A program made the translations under genes and the position numbers. Positions 28,592 to 38,418 of a DNA stretch of 64,000 nucleotides are shown here, piece by piece. The stretch's first letter is position 1. Each line of letters opens with the position of its first letter. The notes beneath the pieces are model-generated. The model saw nothing but the letters and a program-made list of their open reading frames with translations. It had not been told where the DNA came from and did no database searches. This DNA is from an uncultured bacterium (GTDB taxonomy: Bacteria; Chloroflexota; UBA5177; JANWHV01): assembly GCA_963729625.1 (NCBI GenBank), contig CAVSOU010000007.1, positions 32,001 to 96,000 on the forward strand, written 5' to 3'.

Positions 28592-29320
28592 TCATCGATG
28601 CTCAGTGCGACTCTCGAGTGCAGAGACATAGGCTTTGAGGTTGTCAATCGATCGCAGGCCTTCGACATAGACCACGAGCGCGTCCGCGCCAAGGTATTCA
28701 CAAGCTGCGGCGGCGTCCGGCGGCACTCCCGGTCCAGCGCGCAACAGCAACGGTTTCTTGAGAACCTCACTGAGGGCACGCAGGCGCAGCGCGTCGGCAT
28801 ACGTGTACTCGGACCGTTCGCTCTCGGCTTCATCGACGAGCACCGCATCAATTGCCAGGCCGTTCAGCCCGTGAGCGATCTGGAGATCGAGCTCGAATGG
28901 AACAGTCAGCACCCGTGCTGGCATATCCCACGCCATGGTAGAGATATGGCCTGTGATTGGTAGCCGAACCCAATCAGCATGCGCCTCTTCTGCGCTGGCC
29001 GCGGCAGCGGCGTTGGCATCCGGCGGCAGAGAGATGCCGTAAGGCACCTTGAGACGCTCCGACAGCTGAAACAGCCGCTGCAGATCCTTGTTGGTCACGG
29101 AGCGGATCTCGACAGCGTCCGCGCCGGCGTCCGCAGCGGCCATGATGGCGTCAAGATCGGCTTCTGAGAACGACGCGACCAGGGCCGTCGTCCGCCTCGA
29201 CGCACCAGCCGCCACCTTGAACCCGAAACCCGGACCACCGTGCGACCCCGAGAAAGACCGCATGATCTCCACCAACCGGCTCTGTTTTCGAGTTGACCCG
29301 GACGCGGAAAACGTGTTCAT
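28592..29320 (-). CDS. Conserved hypothetical protein, probable TIM-barrel (aldolase-like) fold
   Basis: Alternating beta/alpha pattern with AGADAV, IDAVLV and GADALVV strands. Confidence 0.65.
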   Translation of the reverse strand: MNTFSASGSTRKQSRLVEIMRSFSGSHGGPGFGFKVAAGASRRTTALVASFSEADLDAIMAAADAGADAVEIRSVTNKDLQRLFQLSERLKVPYGISLPPDANAAAAASAEEAHADWVRLPITGHISTMAWDMPARVLTVPFELDLQIAHGLNGLAIDAVLVDEAESERSEYTYADALRLRALSEVLKKPLLLRAGPGVPPDAAAACEYLGADALVVYVEGLRSIDNLKAYVSALESRTEHR

Positions 29321-29549
29321 GGCACACCCTCGATTCTTGCGTTAGCCTGCCTCCCACGCTCAGCGTATGCTGAAGGGGCCGGGCACAGTAGCGGAAGCCT
29401 CACACGCCTGAAGGTACATGATACGCCCGAACACTGGCAGCTCAATTCGTTCCGGCGCGACGTGGCTCAGGCAGTCACGGATCCATTCCCCATAGCCTTG
29501 CTTCGGGCTTTCGAGCTTTGGTGCGGCGATTCACAGGAACCATCAACGC

Positions 29550-31910
29550 CTAGACAAGAGTAGGCACCTCCAGCTCGGACAGCGGTACAGCGGTCTTGCA
29601 TTTTGGGTAACCAGTGCAGCCAAGAAATGGCTTGCCCGCGTTCGAGCCTTTTCGCGCCAGACGGACAGCCATCGGTTTGCCGCAGTTTGGGCACGTACGT
29701 CCAGCCGCGAGGGCACCTAACTCCGTCGGCACGGAGGGCGCCTCCGATGCAGTACCATCGATAGCGACAATACCTTTGCACGACGGGTACTTAGCGCAGC
29801 CCCAGAACTTGTTCCCGCGGCCACGACCCTTGAAGGCCTGGCGAAGCACCATCGGGCCTCCGCACTGCGGACAGGGCGGCGCTTCCTTGCCATCGGGCGC
29901 TTCAGGCTGCGCCTTCGGAGGCTTGTACTTGCATTCCGGGTAGTTGCTGCACGATACGAATGTACCGAACTGCCCCGCTCGCTTAACGAGATCGCCACCG
30001 CATTGAGGGCACGTATCGCCAGTCGGCTCGGGCGCAGGCCCTGCAACCCGCTTGCGTCCTGCCTCCACTGCCTCCGCTACCGCCGGTAGGAAAACGTCGG
30101 CGAAACGACGAAGCATCGCGCGTGAGTTCTGCTGCCGATCGGCGATGCGGTCTAAGTCCTCTTCGACCCGGGCAGTGAACGCCGGATCGACGAGATCCGG
30201 AATCCGCTCCCGCGCCCAGTCGGTCACCGTGAGCGCAAGAGGAGTCGCCTTAAGTGCGCGACCTTCCCTGACCACGTAACCACGCTCAAGAATGACGTCG
30301 ATTGTCGGAGCAAACGTACTCGGCCGCCCGACACCGCGGTCCTCCAGCGCTTTGACAAGTGAGGCTTCGGTATATCGCGGCGGCGGCTTTGTCTCGTGAC
30401 GCTCTATCGATCCATCCACCGCAACAACGCTCTCACCGTTTGTCAGTTCCGGGAGTTCCTGTCCGCCGTCATCCTCGTCGTCGTCTCGCATGCCTGCGAC
30501 GTCAAGCCAGCCCGCGAAGACAATACGCGAAGACCGCGCTCGCGCGCTGCACTCGCATCCCGCGGCTTCAACATCGGCCCCACGCCTGTCATACACCGCG
30601 TCCACAGCCTGGCAAGCAAGAAAGCGCAGGCGAATGAGGCGGTAAAGACGCCGTGAATCCTCGTCGAGGTCGCTGCCAACCGACTCGATTGCCGGATCTG
30701 TGGGCCGTATACACTCGTGCGCCCCCTGGGCGCCGGCTTTGTTTGCATACTGTCGTGGCTCAGACGGTACATACTGCGCTCCCCAGCTTGCCGCCAAGAC
30801 CGCGCGCGCAGCCGTAACCGCATCTGCTGCAATGGCGACGCTGTCGGTCCTCATATAGGTGATCTGGCCGCGCTCGTACAAGCTCTGGGCGGCAGCCATC
30901 GCTCGCTTTGGACTGAATCCCAGGCTTGAGCCGGCAGCCTGTTGCAACGTGCTTGTAATGAACGGCGGATTCGGTCTTCGCCTGTATTGCGTACGCTCAA
31001 CCTTGTCGACGGACCACATGCTGCCAAGCACGTGCTGCAAGGCACGGCGAGCGGCCCCCTCGTCGGCCAGAACTGGCGGCGTACCCTCAGTGATCTTCAG
31101 GTCCGCGCCGTCGAGTTGGCGCAGATCGGCGACGAATCGGATTCCGTCGCGCTTCTCGAACGTCGCTTGGACGGTCCAGTACTCGCGAATATCGAACGCG
31201 GAAATCTCGCGCTCGCGGTCGGCCACCAAAGCCATGGCAACGCTCTGCACACGGCCCGCGGACAGACCACGACGCACAGTCCTCCAGAGTGCCGGCGAGG
31301 CCTTGTACCCCACCATGCGGTCGAGGACCCGGCGCGCCTCCTGCGCCTCCACAAGGCCGTCGTCGATGTGTCGCGGATGTGCCAGTGCCTCCCGAATAGC
31401 CTTTGGCGTGATTTCATGAAACTCAAGGCGATCGGGGTTCGTGGCTTGGAGGAGACGCGCCACATGCCAGCCAATGGCCTCACCTTCCCGGTCCGGGTCA
31501 GTCGCGATCACGATACGCTGCGCGTCGCGCGCCGCGGACTTCAGGGCAGCAAGATCCTTTGCCTTGCGCGAAGGAACCTCATACACCGGCTCAAAGGTGT
31601 CTTCGTTGTAGCCGAGACCTTTCTCGGGTAGGTCGGCAACGTGACCCCTGCTCGCGATGACTCGAAAGGACGAGCCAAGTATCGTGCTGATCGTCCGCGC
31701 CTTCGTCGGCGACTCGACGATCACCAGGGTGGTGCCTCCACTGTCGCTTCCCTGCCCGGACGAACGGGTGGAGCGCGATCTCGCCACAGGTGGAGCTTCC
31801 TGGACGCCCTGGCGCACTCCTTTGGCGCCGGTGCCGCCCGCTACTGGCGGATCATCTTCAACGACTGCCGATCGCGGGCGGCGCGCCTGCCCACTGCTTG
31901 TCTTGGCCAA
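29550..31910 (-). CDS. topA: DNA topoisomerase I with three C-terminal zinc ribbons
   Basis: LVIVESPTKA, ATDPDREGEAI, SAGRVQS, ITYMRTDS (catalytic Tyr) and GVGRPST motifs; TTG start at 31910 after GAGGTG. Confidence 0.96.
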   Translation of the reverse strand: MAKTSSGQARRPRSAVVEDDPPVAGGTGAKGVRQGVQEAPPVARSRSTRSSGQGSDSGGTTLVIVESPTKARTISTILGSSFRVIASRGHVADLPEKGLGYNEDTFEPVYEVPSRKAKDLAALKSAARDAQRIVIATDPDREGEAIGWHVARLLQATNPDRLEFHEITPKAIREALAHPRHIDDGLVEAQEARRVLDRMVGYKASPALWRTVRRGLSAGRVQSVAMALVADREREISAFDIREYWTVQATFEKRDGIRFVADLRQLDGADLKITEGTPPVLADEGAARRALQHVLGSMWSVDKVERTQYRRRPNPPFITSTLQQAAGSSLGFSPKRAMAAAQSLYERGQITYMRTDSVAIAADAVTAARAVLAASWGAQYVPSEPRQYANKAGAQGAHECIRPTDPAIESVGSDLDEDSRRLYRLIRLRFLACQAVDAVYDRRGADVEAAGCECSARARSSRIVFAGWLDVAGMRDDDEDDGGQELPELTNGESVVAVDGSIERHETKPPPRYTEASLVKALEDRGVGRPSTFAPTIDVILERGYVVREGRALKATPLALTVTDWARERIPDLVDPAFTARVEEDLDRIADRQQNSRAMLRRFADVFLPAVAEAVEAGRKRVAGPAPEPTGDTCPQCGGDLVKRAGQFGTFVSCSNYPECKYKPPKAQPEAPDGKEAPPCPQCGGPMVLRQAFKGRGRGNKFWGCAKYPSCKGIVAIDGTASEAPSVPTELGALAAGRTCPNCGKPMAVRLARKGSNAGKPFLGCTGYPKCKTAVPLSELEVPTLV

Positions 31911-32195
31911 CGAGTCACCTCTATACATGAAACATGAAGCTGATGGCTCACCGCGCGACCCGCCTCGGCGGGTGCCCCGGTCGCCCAGCCAGGTTACTTT
32001 ACCGTACTCCAGAACACTTACACAATCCCTGAGCCGCAACTGCTGCCATGCTGTATGTGCATGGTCCATTGTGCGCACTCGAACTCCATAGCGCAAGAGC
32101 CACACTGGGGTGATCGACGGGAACCCAGCGGATGTTGGCTGGCCCTGCTCCAGGATAAGCATGACAAGGGCATGACTCCAAAGTAGTACGCTCAA

Positions 32196-32891
32196 GTGAT
32201 GGACGAAGAAACCGCGGCCCTGCTAAGTATCCTTCGGACAAGCCGCCGGCCCTCCCTGCGACTTGAGGTCGTACGGCAGATCGCCGAGCGCAACGCGTCT
32301 GAGGCGATTCCAGCCCTCCTGGAAGTCCTTGACGAAGCCGGCGATCCACGCGCGGTAGCTCTGGTCACGGCTGCTGTCTCCGCTATACAGCGCATGGGCG
32401 CCGCGGCAGCCCCGTACGTCCTGGCTGCACTTGACGACCGAGGTGGCAAGCGCCGGCAGTTCGTTCCGCTCCTGCTCGCGTCGTCCCTTGGTAACGATTC
32501 GCTGTGGAGATTGCTTGATGCGCTGCGCGACAGTGACGTCGAAGTGGCGGTGAACGCCGCGACACAACTTGGCCAGTTGCGTGTGCCCGAAGCATTCGAC
32601 CGACTCCTCGACCTCGTGCGTGACACCACTGAACCAGCCGCGCTCCGCGGCGCCGCCGCAGCCTCACTTGGCGCCTTGCGAGACCGGAGGGCACTGCCAA
32701 TCCTCGTGGACCTGTTGTCCGCGCCGGAACGCGATCTGCTCGCGGGGGCTATCGATGGATTGGCCGATCTGCGCGATCCGGACGGGATACCGCATCTGGA
32801 GGCCCTGTTGGAGCAAACAGATCTCGACCCATCTACAGAGCGCGCCATTCGCCTTGGGCTGCTGGCCATGGAGCGATATCGGTCTCACTAG
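32196..32891 (+). CDS. HEAT/PBS-lyase repeat protein
   Basis: Repeated AAxxLGxLxDxRALPxLxxLL units. Confidence 0.85.
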   Translation: MMDEETAALLSILRTSRRPSLRLEVVRQIAERNASEAIPALLEVLDEAGDPRAVALVTAAVSAIQRMGAAAAPYVLAALDDRGGKRRQFVPLLLASSLGNDSLWRLLDALRDSDVEVAVNAATQLGQLRVPEAFDRLLDLVRDTTEPAALRGAAAASLGALRDRRALPILVDLLSAPERDLLAGAIDGLADLRDPDGIPHLEALLEQTDLDPSTERAIRLGLLAMERYRSH

Positions 32892-33061
32892 ATCGCCTGG
32901 ACGAACGACGCGACGATTGTTGCAAGATGCTCAACCCGGCACACAAAGGCACGCACCGTATTCCTCACCGAACGTCATGGTCAAAACCGGGAGGTCTGCC
33001 ACCCCGCCGCCATCGAGACGTCTGCCACAACGTGTGGGATGCCGCGGGCTGTGCACAGATC

Positions 33062-33098
33062 GATGTGGGGCGCCCGGCGGGCGCCCCACATCTTGTTT
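33062..33098. terminator. Terminator between the HEAT gene and the sigma gene
   Basis: GATGTGGGGCGCCC-ggc-GGGCGCCCCACATC followed by TTGTTT. Confidence 0.75.
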
Positions 33099-33110
33099 CC
33101 TCGCAGCCGA

Positions 33111-34106
33111 TCAGCCGAGGTATTCGCGGAGGCTTTCTATTTCCTGCAGGCCGCGGATGCGATTGAGTGCCTGGGCCTCAATCTGGCGAATCCGCTCGCG
33201 CGTCAGGCCAAACTCGCGACTAACTTCCATGAGCGTGCGGCTGCGTCCATCCGTGATGCCATACCGCAGCTCAAGTACTTGCCGCTCGCGATCCGGCAGC
33301 CGATTCAGCAGCGTGCTGACGTCATGCCGCATCGTGCTTTCGACAGCACTCTCGACTGGAGATGCGGCGCCGGTGTCCTCGGTGAAATCCCCCAGTGTGT
33401 GCTCATCGTCGCTACCCAAAGTTGTTTCCAGAGAAATGGGCTGCTGCACGACATGCATCAGTCCGGCAACCTTTTCGGGTGTCATTCCGACTTCTTCGCT
33501 GATGCTCTCGGCCGTGGGATCCTCACCGAGCTCCTGCCGGAGATAGTCCACGGCAGCGCTCAATTTGCTCATCTCCTCGTACACGTGTACAGGCACGCGA
33601 ATGGTGCGGCCACGATCGGAGAGAGCGCGAGTCACAGCCTGGCGGATCCACCACACGGCATACGTGCTGAACCTGTAACCCTTCCGGTAATCGAACTTCT
33701 CTACGGCCCGGATCAGGCCGATATTGCCCTCCTGGATGAGGTCGAGGAGAGGAAAGCCCTGATTCAGGTAATGCTTCGCAACGCTGACTACAAGGCGCAA
33801 GTTTGCCTCGATCATACGTCGCTTGGCGCCCTCATCGCCTTCTTCGATGCGCTTCGCCAGCTCAATTTCTTGTTTTGGCGTGACGCGCGGAATCTTGGCG
33901 ATTTCCCTCAAGTAGTTCGCGACACTGTCAACGACGACGCTATGCTCGGCAACCTCCTCCGGCTGCTCCGCCTGCTCACCCGTCAGCTCAGGCAGATCCT
34001 CGCGGGGTGCTTTGCGTCGCAGCGGCAGGATTCGTTTCACACGGACAGGCGCGCGATCGTCGCTGGTCTCCTGCCGTTCCTGCACGCGCGTCTCCAATTC
34101 AATCAT
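33111..34106 (-). CDS. RpoD/SigA-family sigma-70 factor (group 2-like, no region 1.1)
   Basis: [46 protein letters not shown] and TRERIRQIE motifs. Confidence 0.95.
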   Translation of the reverse strand: MIELETRVQERQETSDDRAPVRVKRILPLRRKAPREDLPELTGEQAEQPEEVAEHSVVVDSVANYLREIAKIPRVTPKQEIELAKRIEEGDEGAKRRMIEANLRLVVSVAKHYLNQGFPLLDLIQEGNIGLIRAVEKFDYRKGYRFSTYAVWWIRQAVTRALSDRGRTIRVPVHVYEEMSKLSAAVDYLRQELGEDPTAESISEEVGMTPEKVAGLMHVVQQPISLETTLGSDDEHTLGDFTEDTGAASPVESAVESTMRHDVSTLLNRLPDRERQVLELRYGITDGRSRTLMEVSREFGLTRERIRQIEAQALNRIRGLQEIESLREYLG

Positions 34107-34239
34107 TCGTACACATCTCCATCATGGGCTCACCGCGCGACCGATAGAATAGAACGGGTCCTTCCCGCGGCGTGTTGTAGAAGGCCCCACGAAATGACAT
34201 GCGAAAGTCGCTGAAAGTACAGTATTTTGGTCCGACCTA

Positions 34240-34268
34240 ATAATACGCCAGGGAAAAGAACCTGTCAA
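34240..34268 (-). promoter_or_regulatory. Near-consensus promoter of the sigma gene
   Basis: TTGACA-17 nt-TATTAT. Confidence 0.75.
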
Positions 34269-34586
34269 CAGTTGATCCCCGATATGTTGTGGTCTTCGTG
34301 ACACTTTATGCTACGTGACACCAACTGTTCATTTCCTATAGAATGGATTCCACGATAACAGGGCAACGCGCTCCGGCCGCCGCCCCGCGCGCACGGCTGT
34401 TCTGCCGGTCCGTTCGCAATCGGCAGGGCGGGCCACCTGACATGGAGGCACGTCCCTCTCGCCGCGTGCTCCTCGGTCGAACCGTGCGGCACCGCCTCGC
34501 GAACAGGTTCAGCCCGGGCGAGGCCGGATGACTCACTCTTTGCCTTAGGATCAAGGCGGGCAAGAGAAGGGCTGCGTCCTGACATG

Positions 34587-34611
34587 AAAAAGTGCAGAGC
34601 CCCCGCTCTGC
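34587..34611 (-). terminator. Intrinsic terminator of the 104-aa gene
   Basis: GCAGAGC-GGGG-GCTCTGC-AC-TTTTT. Confidence 0.65.
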
Positions 34612-34672
34612 CCAGGAATTCCTCTCATTGCTCCTTGAAATAGCTGTTTCGAGCCGTTGAAAGAATACAGCG

Positions 34673-34987
34673 CTATGGCTCGAAGACTAGGATGATCATT
34701 ACTTCAGCCTCGTGCTCGTCATTGCCCTTTCTGTTTTTGTACATACGGCTTGCGGCTGTTTGGAAGCGAATCTTTACCCCTTCCTCCTTGGCAATTGTGC
34801 GATAGCGAGCCTTAATTGTCTCGTCGCGCTCGTCCGGGCCCAGAGTGAGCTCAAGAGCGCGTCCCTCATCCTTGGCCTGATGCAACCATTGGCGCGCGTC
34901 TTCGCGCTCCTTCTGAGCGTGTTCCCCCGCACGTCGCCGCGTAGCTCTTTGTACCTCATGCCTTTCAATTAGCCGAACTTTTGGCAC
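34673..34987 (-). CDS. Small charged hypothetical protein (104 aa), possibly nucleic-acid binding
   Basis: GTG start with AAGGTAGGTG RBS; upstream TGCTATATT extended -10; its own terminator. Confidence 0.7.
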   Translation of the reverse strand: MPKVRLIERHEVQRATRRRAGEHAQKEREDARQWLHQAKDEGRALELTLGPDERDETIKARYRTIAKEEGVKIRFQTAASRMYKNRKGNDEHEAEVMIILVFEP

Positions 34988-35167
34988 TTGAGCACCTACC
35001 TTACATCTTGCACATGAATTGCGTTCTTTGAGAACAATATAGCATACAACGATTTGCACATTGAGCCTCCGTTTCTTGACAGGCGGCCCACTGCGGCCTA
35101 CCATCAGCGTGAACGGCGCGCTGCCGGCGCTGCACAGGGTCACCCATCGACGTAGTAGGGCAGAGCG

Positions 35168-36274
35168 ATGAGTCAGAGCGTTCTCCATTTCGCGAATCTG
35201 CGCTTGGGTGCCGCGTTCGCATCTCTCGGAATCCGCGGACGCGACGTCCGCGCGGAGCTGGTGGCAACGCTCGCACATATCGGTGATATCGCGACGAGCC
35301 GTCAGATCACAGCGGTGGTCGTGTCCGGTGATCTATTTGGGTGTGCGGTGCCTGCAGCCGTGACTCTCAAAGCCGTACAAGCCTTCTTCACAGGACTGAA
35401 GGACGCGCATATTCCGGCAGTCATTCTTCCCGGAGCCCGCGACCCTGAGGGCGCGTTCGATAGGACCTTCCAGCCCGACAGCCAGGACTACTGTCCCGGT
35501 GCATTTGTACTGGGACCGGACACGGCGTGCGTGAGCCTTCCCACCGAAGAAATCGACGTCTATTCAGTTTTGCTGACTTCCGGCGCGTCCGGAGTGGTCA
35601 CTACCCGCGTTCCCGTGCTGACAGCGGCGCCCCGCCTGGCAATCGGCGTCGGCTACTGGTCAGGCAGATCCGCGCCCGACCTGGCGGCTATGGCCGAGGC
35701 CGCGGCGGCAATCGGCATTCGCTACGTCGGTGTTGGTGGGTCTTCACCGTTCGATTTCGGCACTGGCAACGGCTCAGTCGCCTGTTCTCCGGGAGTTCCT
35801 GAACCTGTGGACTGGGATCACGCCGATGGGACTGTAGCACTGGTCCAGTTTGACGACGAAGGTAATTGCCGGGTCGAGCGTTTGCCGACTGGCACGCTTC
35901 GCTTCGTGCGGCGCGAGCTCAACATGTCGACCGGGTCGAAGAGTGGGGTTGACGAGCTGCTGACCGACATGAGTGATGCGCGCCTGGGACTGGAGCTCGT
36001 GCTTACTGGCGCGTGCCCGCCGGGCGCCTCCATCAATCCCGCGGCAATTGAGACAGAATTCGGTGATAGGTTCTTCAACTTGCGTGTAGTGGACCGCACT
36101 GAGTTGCAGACCGGCGCAGGCGGTGCCGTCTCAGCCCCGCAGGGCACCGTCCTCGGTAACTTCGCGCAAATAATGGAAGGGCGAATCAGTGCCTCAGCGG
36201 ATGCGGAAGAGGCTGATCTTCAGCGTGAAGCGTGTCGTCTCGCAATACACCTTCTGCAGGGAACTCAAACGTGA
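35168..36274 (+). CDS. SbcD/Mre11/YhaO-like metallophosphoesterase-fold protein with degenerate active site
   Basis: Fold motifs in the correct order but substituted (LHFANLRLG, SGDLFG, PGARD, VGGSS, SPGVPE); C-terminal YhaO-type helices. Confidence 0.85.
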   Translation: MSQSVLHFANLRLGAAFASLGIRGRDVRAELVATLAHIGDIATSRQITAVVVSGDLFGCAVPAAVTLKAVQAFFTGLKDAHIPAVILPGARDPEGAFDRTFQPDSQDYCPGAFVLGPDTACVSLPTEEIDVYSVLLTSGASGVVTTRVPVLTAAPRLAIGVGYWSGRSAPDLAAMAEAAAAIGIRYVGVGGSSPFDFGTGNGSVACSPGVPEPVDWDHADGTVALVQFDDEGNCRVERLPTGTLRFVRRELNMSTGSKSGVDELLTDMSDARLGLELVLTGACPPGASINPAAIETEFGDRFFNLRVVDRTELQTGAGGAVSAPQGTVLGNFAQIMEGRISASADAEEADLQREACRLAIHLLQGTQT

Positions 36275-38418
36275 CCGTTAACTTCTCCTCGCTGTCGATC
36301 GACAATTTCAAGGCGTTCGAGCGAGCTGTGGTTCCGTTCTCTCCTGGGTTCAACGTCATAAAGGGCCCCAATGAAGCGGGAAAAAGCAGTATCCAGGCGG
36401 CCATCCTGATGGCGTTGTTCGCCGATCCGCGAACAATGGACACGCAGCTCGAAGAGTTTATCCGCTGGGGGCAGGAAGAGCGGCCGAAAGTCAGGCTCGA
36501 GTTCGACACTGACACCGCAAAGTACGTGATCGAGAAGGACTTCCAGCAAGGCACGGCATTGCTTTCCTGGGTGAGCGACACCGACGATTCCTCGACAAGC
36601 GACCCGTCAGAAGCGCTTCGAATTGTCGGCGATCTGCTTGGCTCTGCGTCTCTGGAAACCTACGTCAATACGGCTTGCATTCGCAGCGAAGAGGTGAGCA
36701 AGCTTCCGTCGGCGGCAGCGCCTGTCAGCCAGCGCCTGCAATCGAAGATGACGTCAGGGCGCCAGGCCGAGGCGGCGGATGTGCTTGCCCTGATCGAGCA
36801 CGAGATTGCATCGCTGTCACCTGGCGGTCTACGGAAGATAAGCGATCCCACCCCGCTGCGTGCATCGCGCGAACGAATCGAGGCTCTGCAACGAAAGGCG
36901 AAGGCCAGTGCGGAGAAGCTCGCAACGTACGTGTCTAGCACCAGAGTACTGGTGCGCCTGCGGCGCGACCTCGCGGCGGTCGAGCAAGATATTGCCGAGT
37001 GGTCTCGCAGACTCGAGCTGAGTGACCAAGCCCAGACGTTGGCCGAAGATATCGCGTTGCTCGAGGAGCATGAGTCGGAGCTCAAAGGCGTGGAACAATT
37101 GCACGAGAGTGTGGGCCAAGCCGCGGAGCAACTGAGCGATCTCGATTATGACACCGTCTCGCGCACCTTCGAGCATGTTCAGGCCCTGGAACGGGACCTG
37201 CAGAAGCAAAGAGTGCGCGAGGCCGATATCAACCACCAGCTGGCCTTACTTGTGCTGGATCGGCTGCAGGACCTGCCGGCGATCTCGCCGGGCACGCTTG
37301 TCGCAGGAGGCGCGCTGACGTCGATTGGCTTCGCCGGGCTGGCCGCGGCGACACATATTATGGCACTGTTCGCAGGAATACTCGTCGGATTCGCTATCGC
37401 CGCTGGCTCTTTCTTTGCGCGGCGAAATGTCCGCGTCGACAATTCGCGAGAATACGCGGACGAGCTGACAACTTGCGTGGCGCAGATTGAGCAGATCCAG
37501 CGTGAGATCAGCCGGCTGCTCTCGATCTACGGGCTGCGGTCTGTGGGCGAGATGGGCATCGCACTTCGCGCCATACGGCCGGGCACCGACGCACGCGCGA
37601 TTCGGCAAGAGCGCATTGAGAAGCTGCTCGGTGACGAACGAATTGGCAACCTCCAGGTTGGGTTATCGGATGTCGCCGCGCAGATTGCCGCGAGGCGGGC
37701 CGAGCTGGACCAGCTCGCGGCGTCTCGTCTGTCTGGCTCAGCGTACGAGCAGGTCGACGGCATGGTCCATTCGCTGAACGAGAAGAAGGAGTCGCTGCAG
37801 CGCGAGCTCTACCGCCTCGAAGGCGAGCTCATAGCCAACACGGTAACAAGCGAGTCACTCGCCGAAGTGGAAGAAGAATTAGCCACGGAGCAAGTTCACT
37901 TGGCCCGACTCGAACGACGCTACAAGGGTCTTGACCGCGCCCGGAGCGGCGTGCGCGAGGCGATATCCGCTACGCTCGGACAGGTGAGCGGCGCCTTCCG
38001 CGAGGGCATCTCCAGACATATTGCGCAAATGACAGACGGCCGCTACAGCGAAGTGGACGCACAGATCGATGAAAGTGGGCTGCGCCTCATGGTCCAGACT
38101 TCCGACCGCAGGCACGCAGTACGGGCGGACAGTCTCAGCCGCGCAACACAGGACCAGATTTACCTGGCTGCAAGGATGGCGTTACTCGAAGTCGTGTCCG
38201 ATGGACGTAAGCCCCCGCTGCTCCTCGACGATCCCTTCGTCAACTACGATGAGAGCAGAATGGGCAATACGCTCGGACTCTTGCTCGACTTGTACCGGAA
38301 TTACCAGGTGATCCTGTTTACCTGCGTCGACCGATACGACCGATTTGCCGGCAGTGTGTTCAGCCTTCCGGATCCGACGGCAACACTCGAAGCTCCGACT
38401 CAGGCGGCTACGTCGTAG
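36271..38418 (+). CDS. SbcC/Rad50/YhaN-like SMC-type ATPase with a central TM hairpin
   Basis: Walker A GPNEAGKS, long coiled coils, LSRATQDQ signature and LLLDDPFVNYD; GTGA overlap with the partner gene. Confidence 0.9.
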   Translation: MTVNFSSLSIDNFKAFERAVVPFSPGFNVIKGPNEAGKSSIQAAILMALFADPRTMDTQLEEFIRWGQEERPKVRLEFDTDTAKYVIEKDFQQGTALLSWVSDTDDSSTSDPSEALRIVGDLLGSASLETYVNTACIRSEEVSKLPSAAAPVSQRLQSKMTSGRQAEAADVLALIEHEIASLSPGGLRKISDPTPLRASRERIEALQRKAKASAEKLATYVSSTRVLVRLRRDLAAVEQDIAEWSRRLELSDQAQTLAEDIALLEEHESELKGVEQLHESVGQAAEQLSDLDYDTVSRTFEHVQALERDLQKQRVREADINHQLALLVLDRLQDLPAISPGTLVAGGALTSIGFAGLAAATHIMALFAGILVGFAIAAGSFFARRNVRVDNSREYADELTTCVAQIEQIQREISRLLSIYGLRSVGEMGIALRAIRPGTDARAIRQERIEKLLGDERIGNLQVGLSDVAAQIAARRAELDQLAASRLSGSAYEQVDGMVHSLNEKKESLQRELYRLEGELIANTVTSESLAEVEEELATEQVHLARLERRYKGLDRARSGVREAISATLGQVSGAFREGISRHIAQMTDGRYSEVDAQIDESGLRLMVQTSDRRHAVRADSLSRATQDQIYLAARMALLEVVSDGRKPPLLLDDPFVNYDESRMGNTLGLLLDLYRNYQVILFTCVDRYDRFAGSVFSLPDPTATLEAPTQAATS

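Noticed and set aside
31911-32195. Long N-terminal extension of topA in the ORF track
   Set aside because: Good RBS and TTG at 31910; the upstream stretch looks like a divergent promoter region
33039-34214. 391-aa plus-strand ORF
   Set aside because: Antisense shadow of the sigma factor gene
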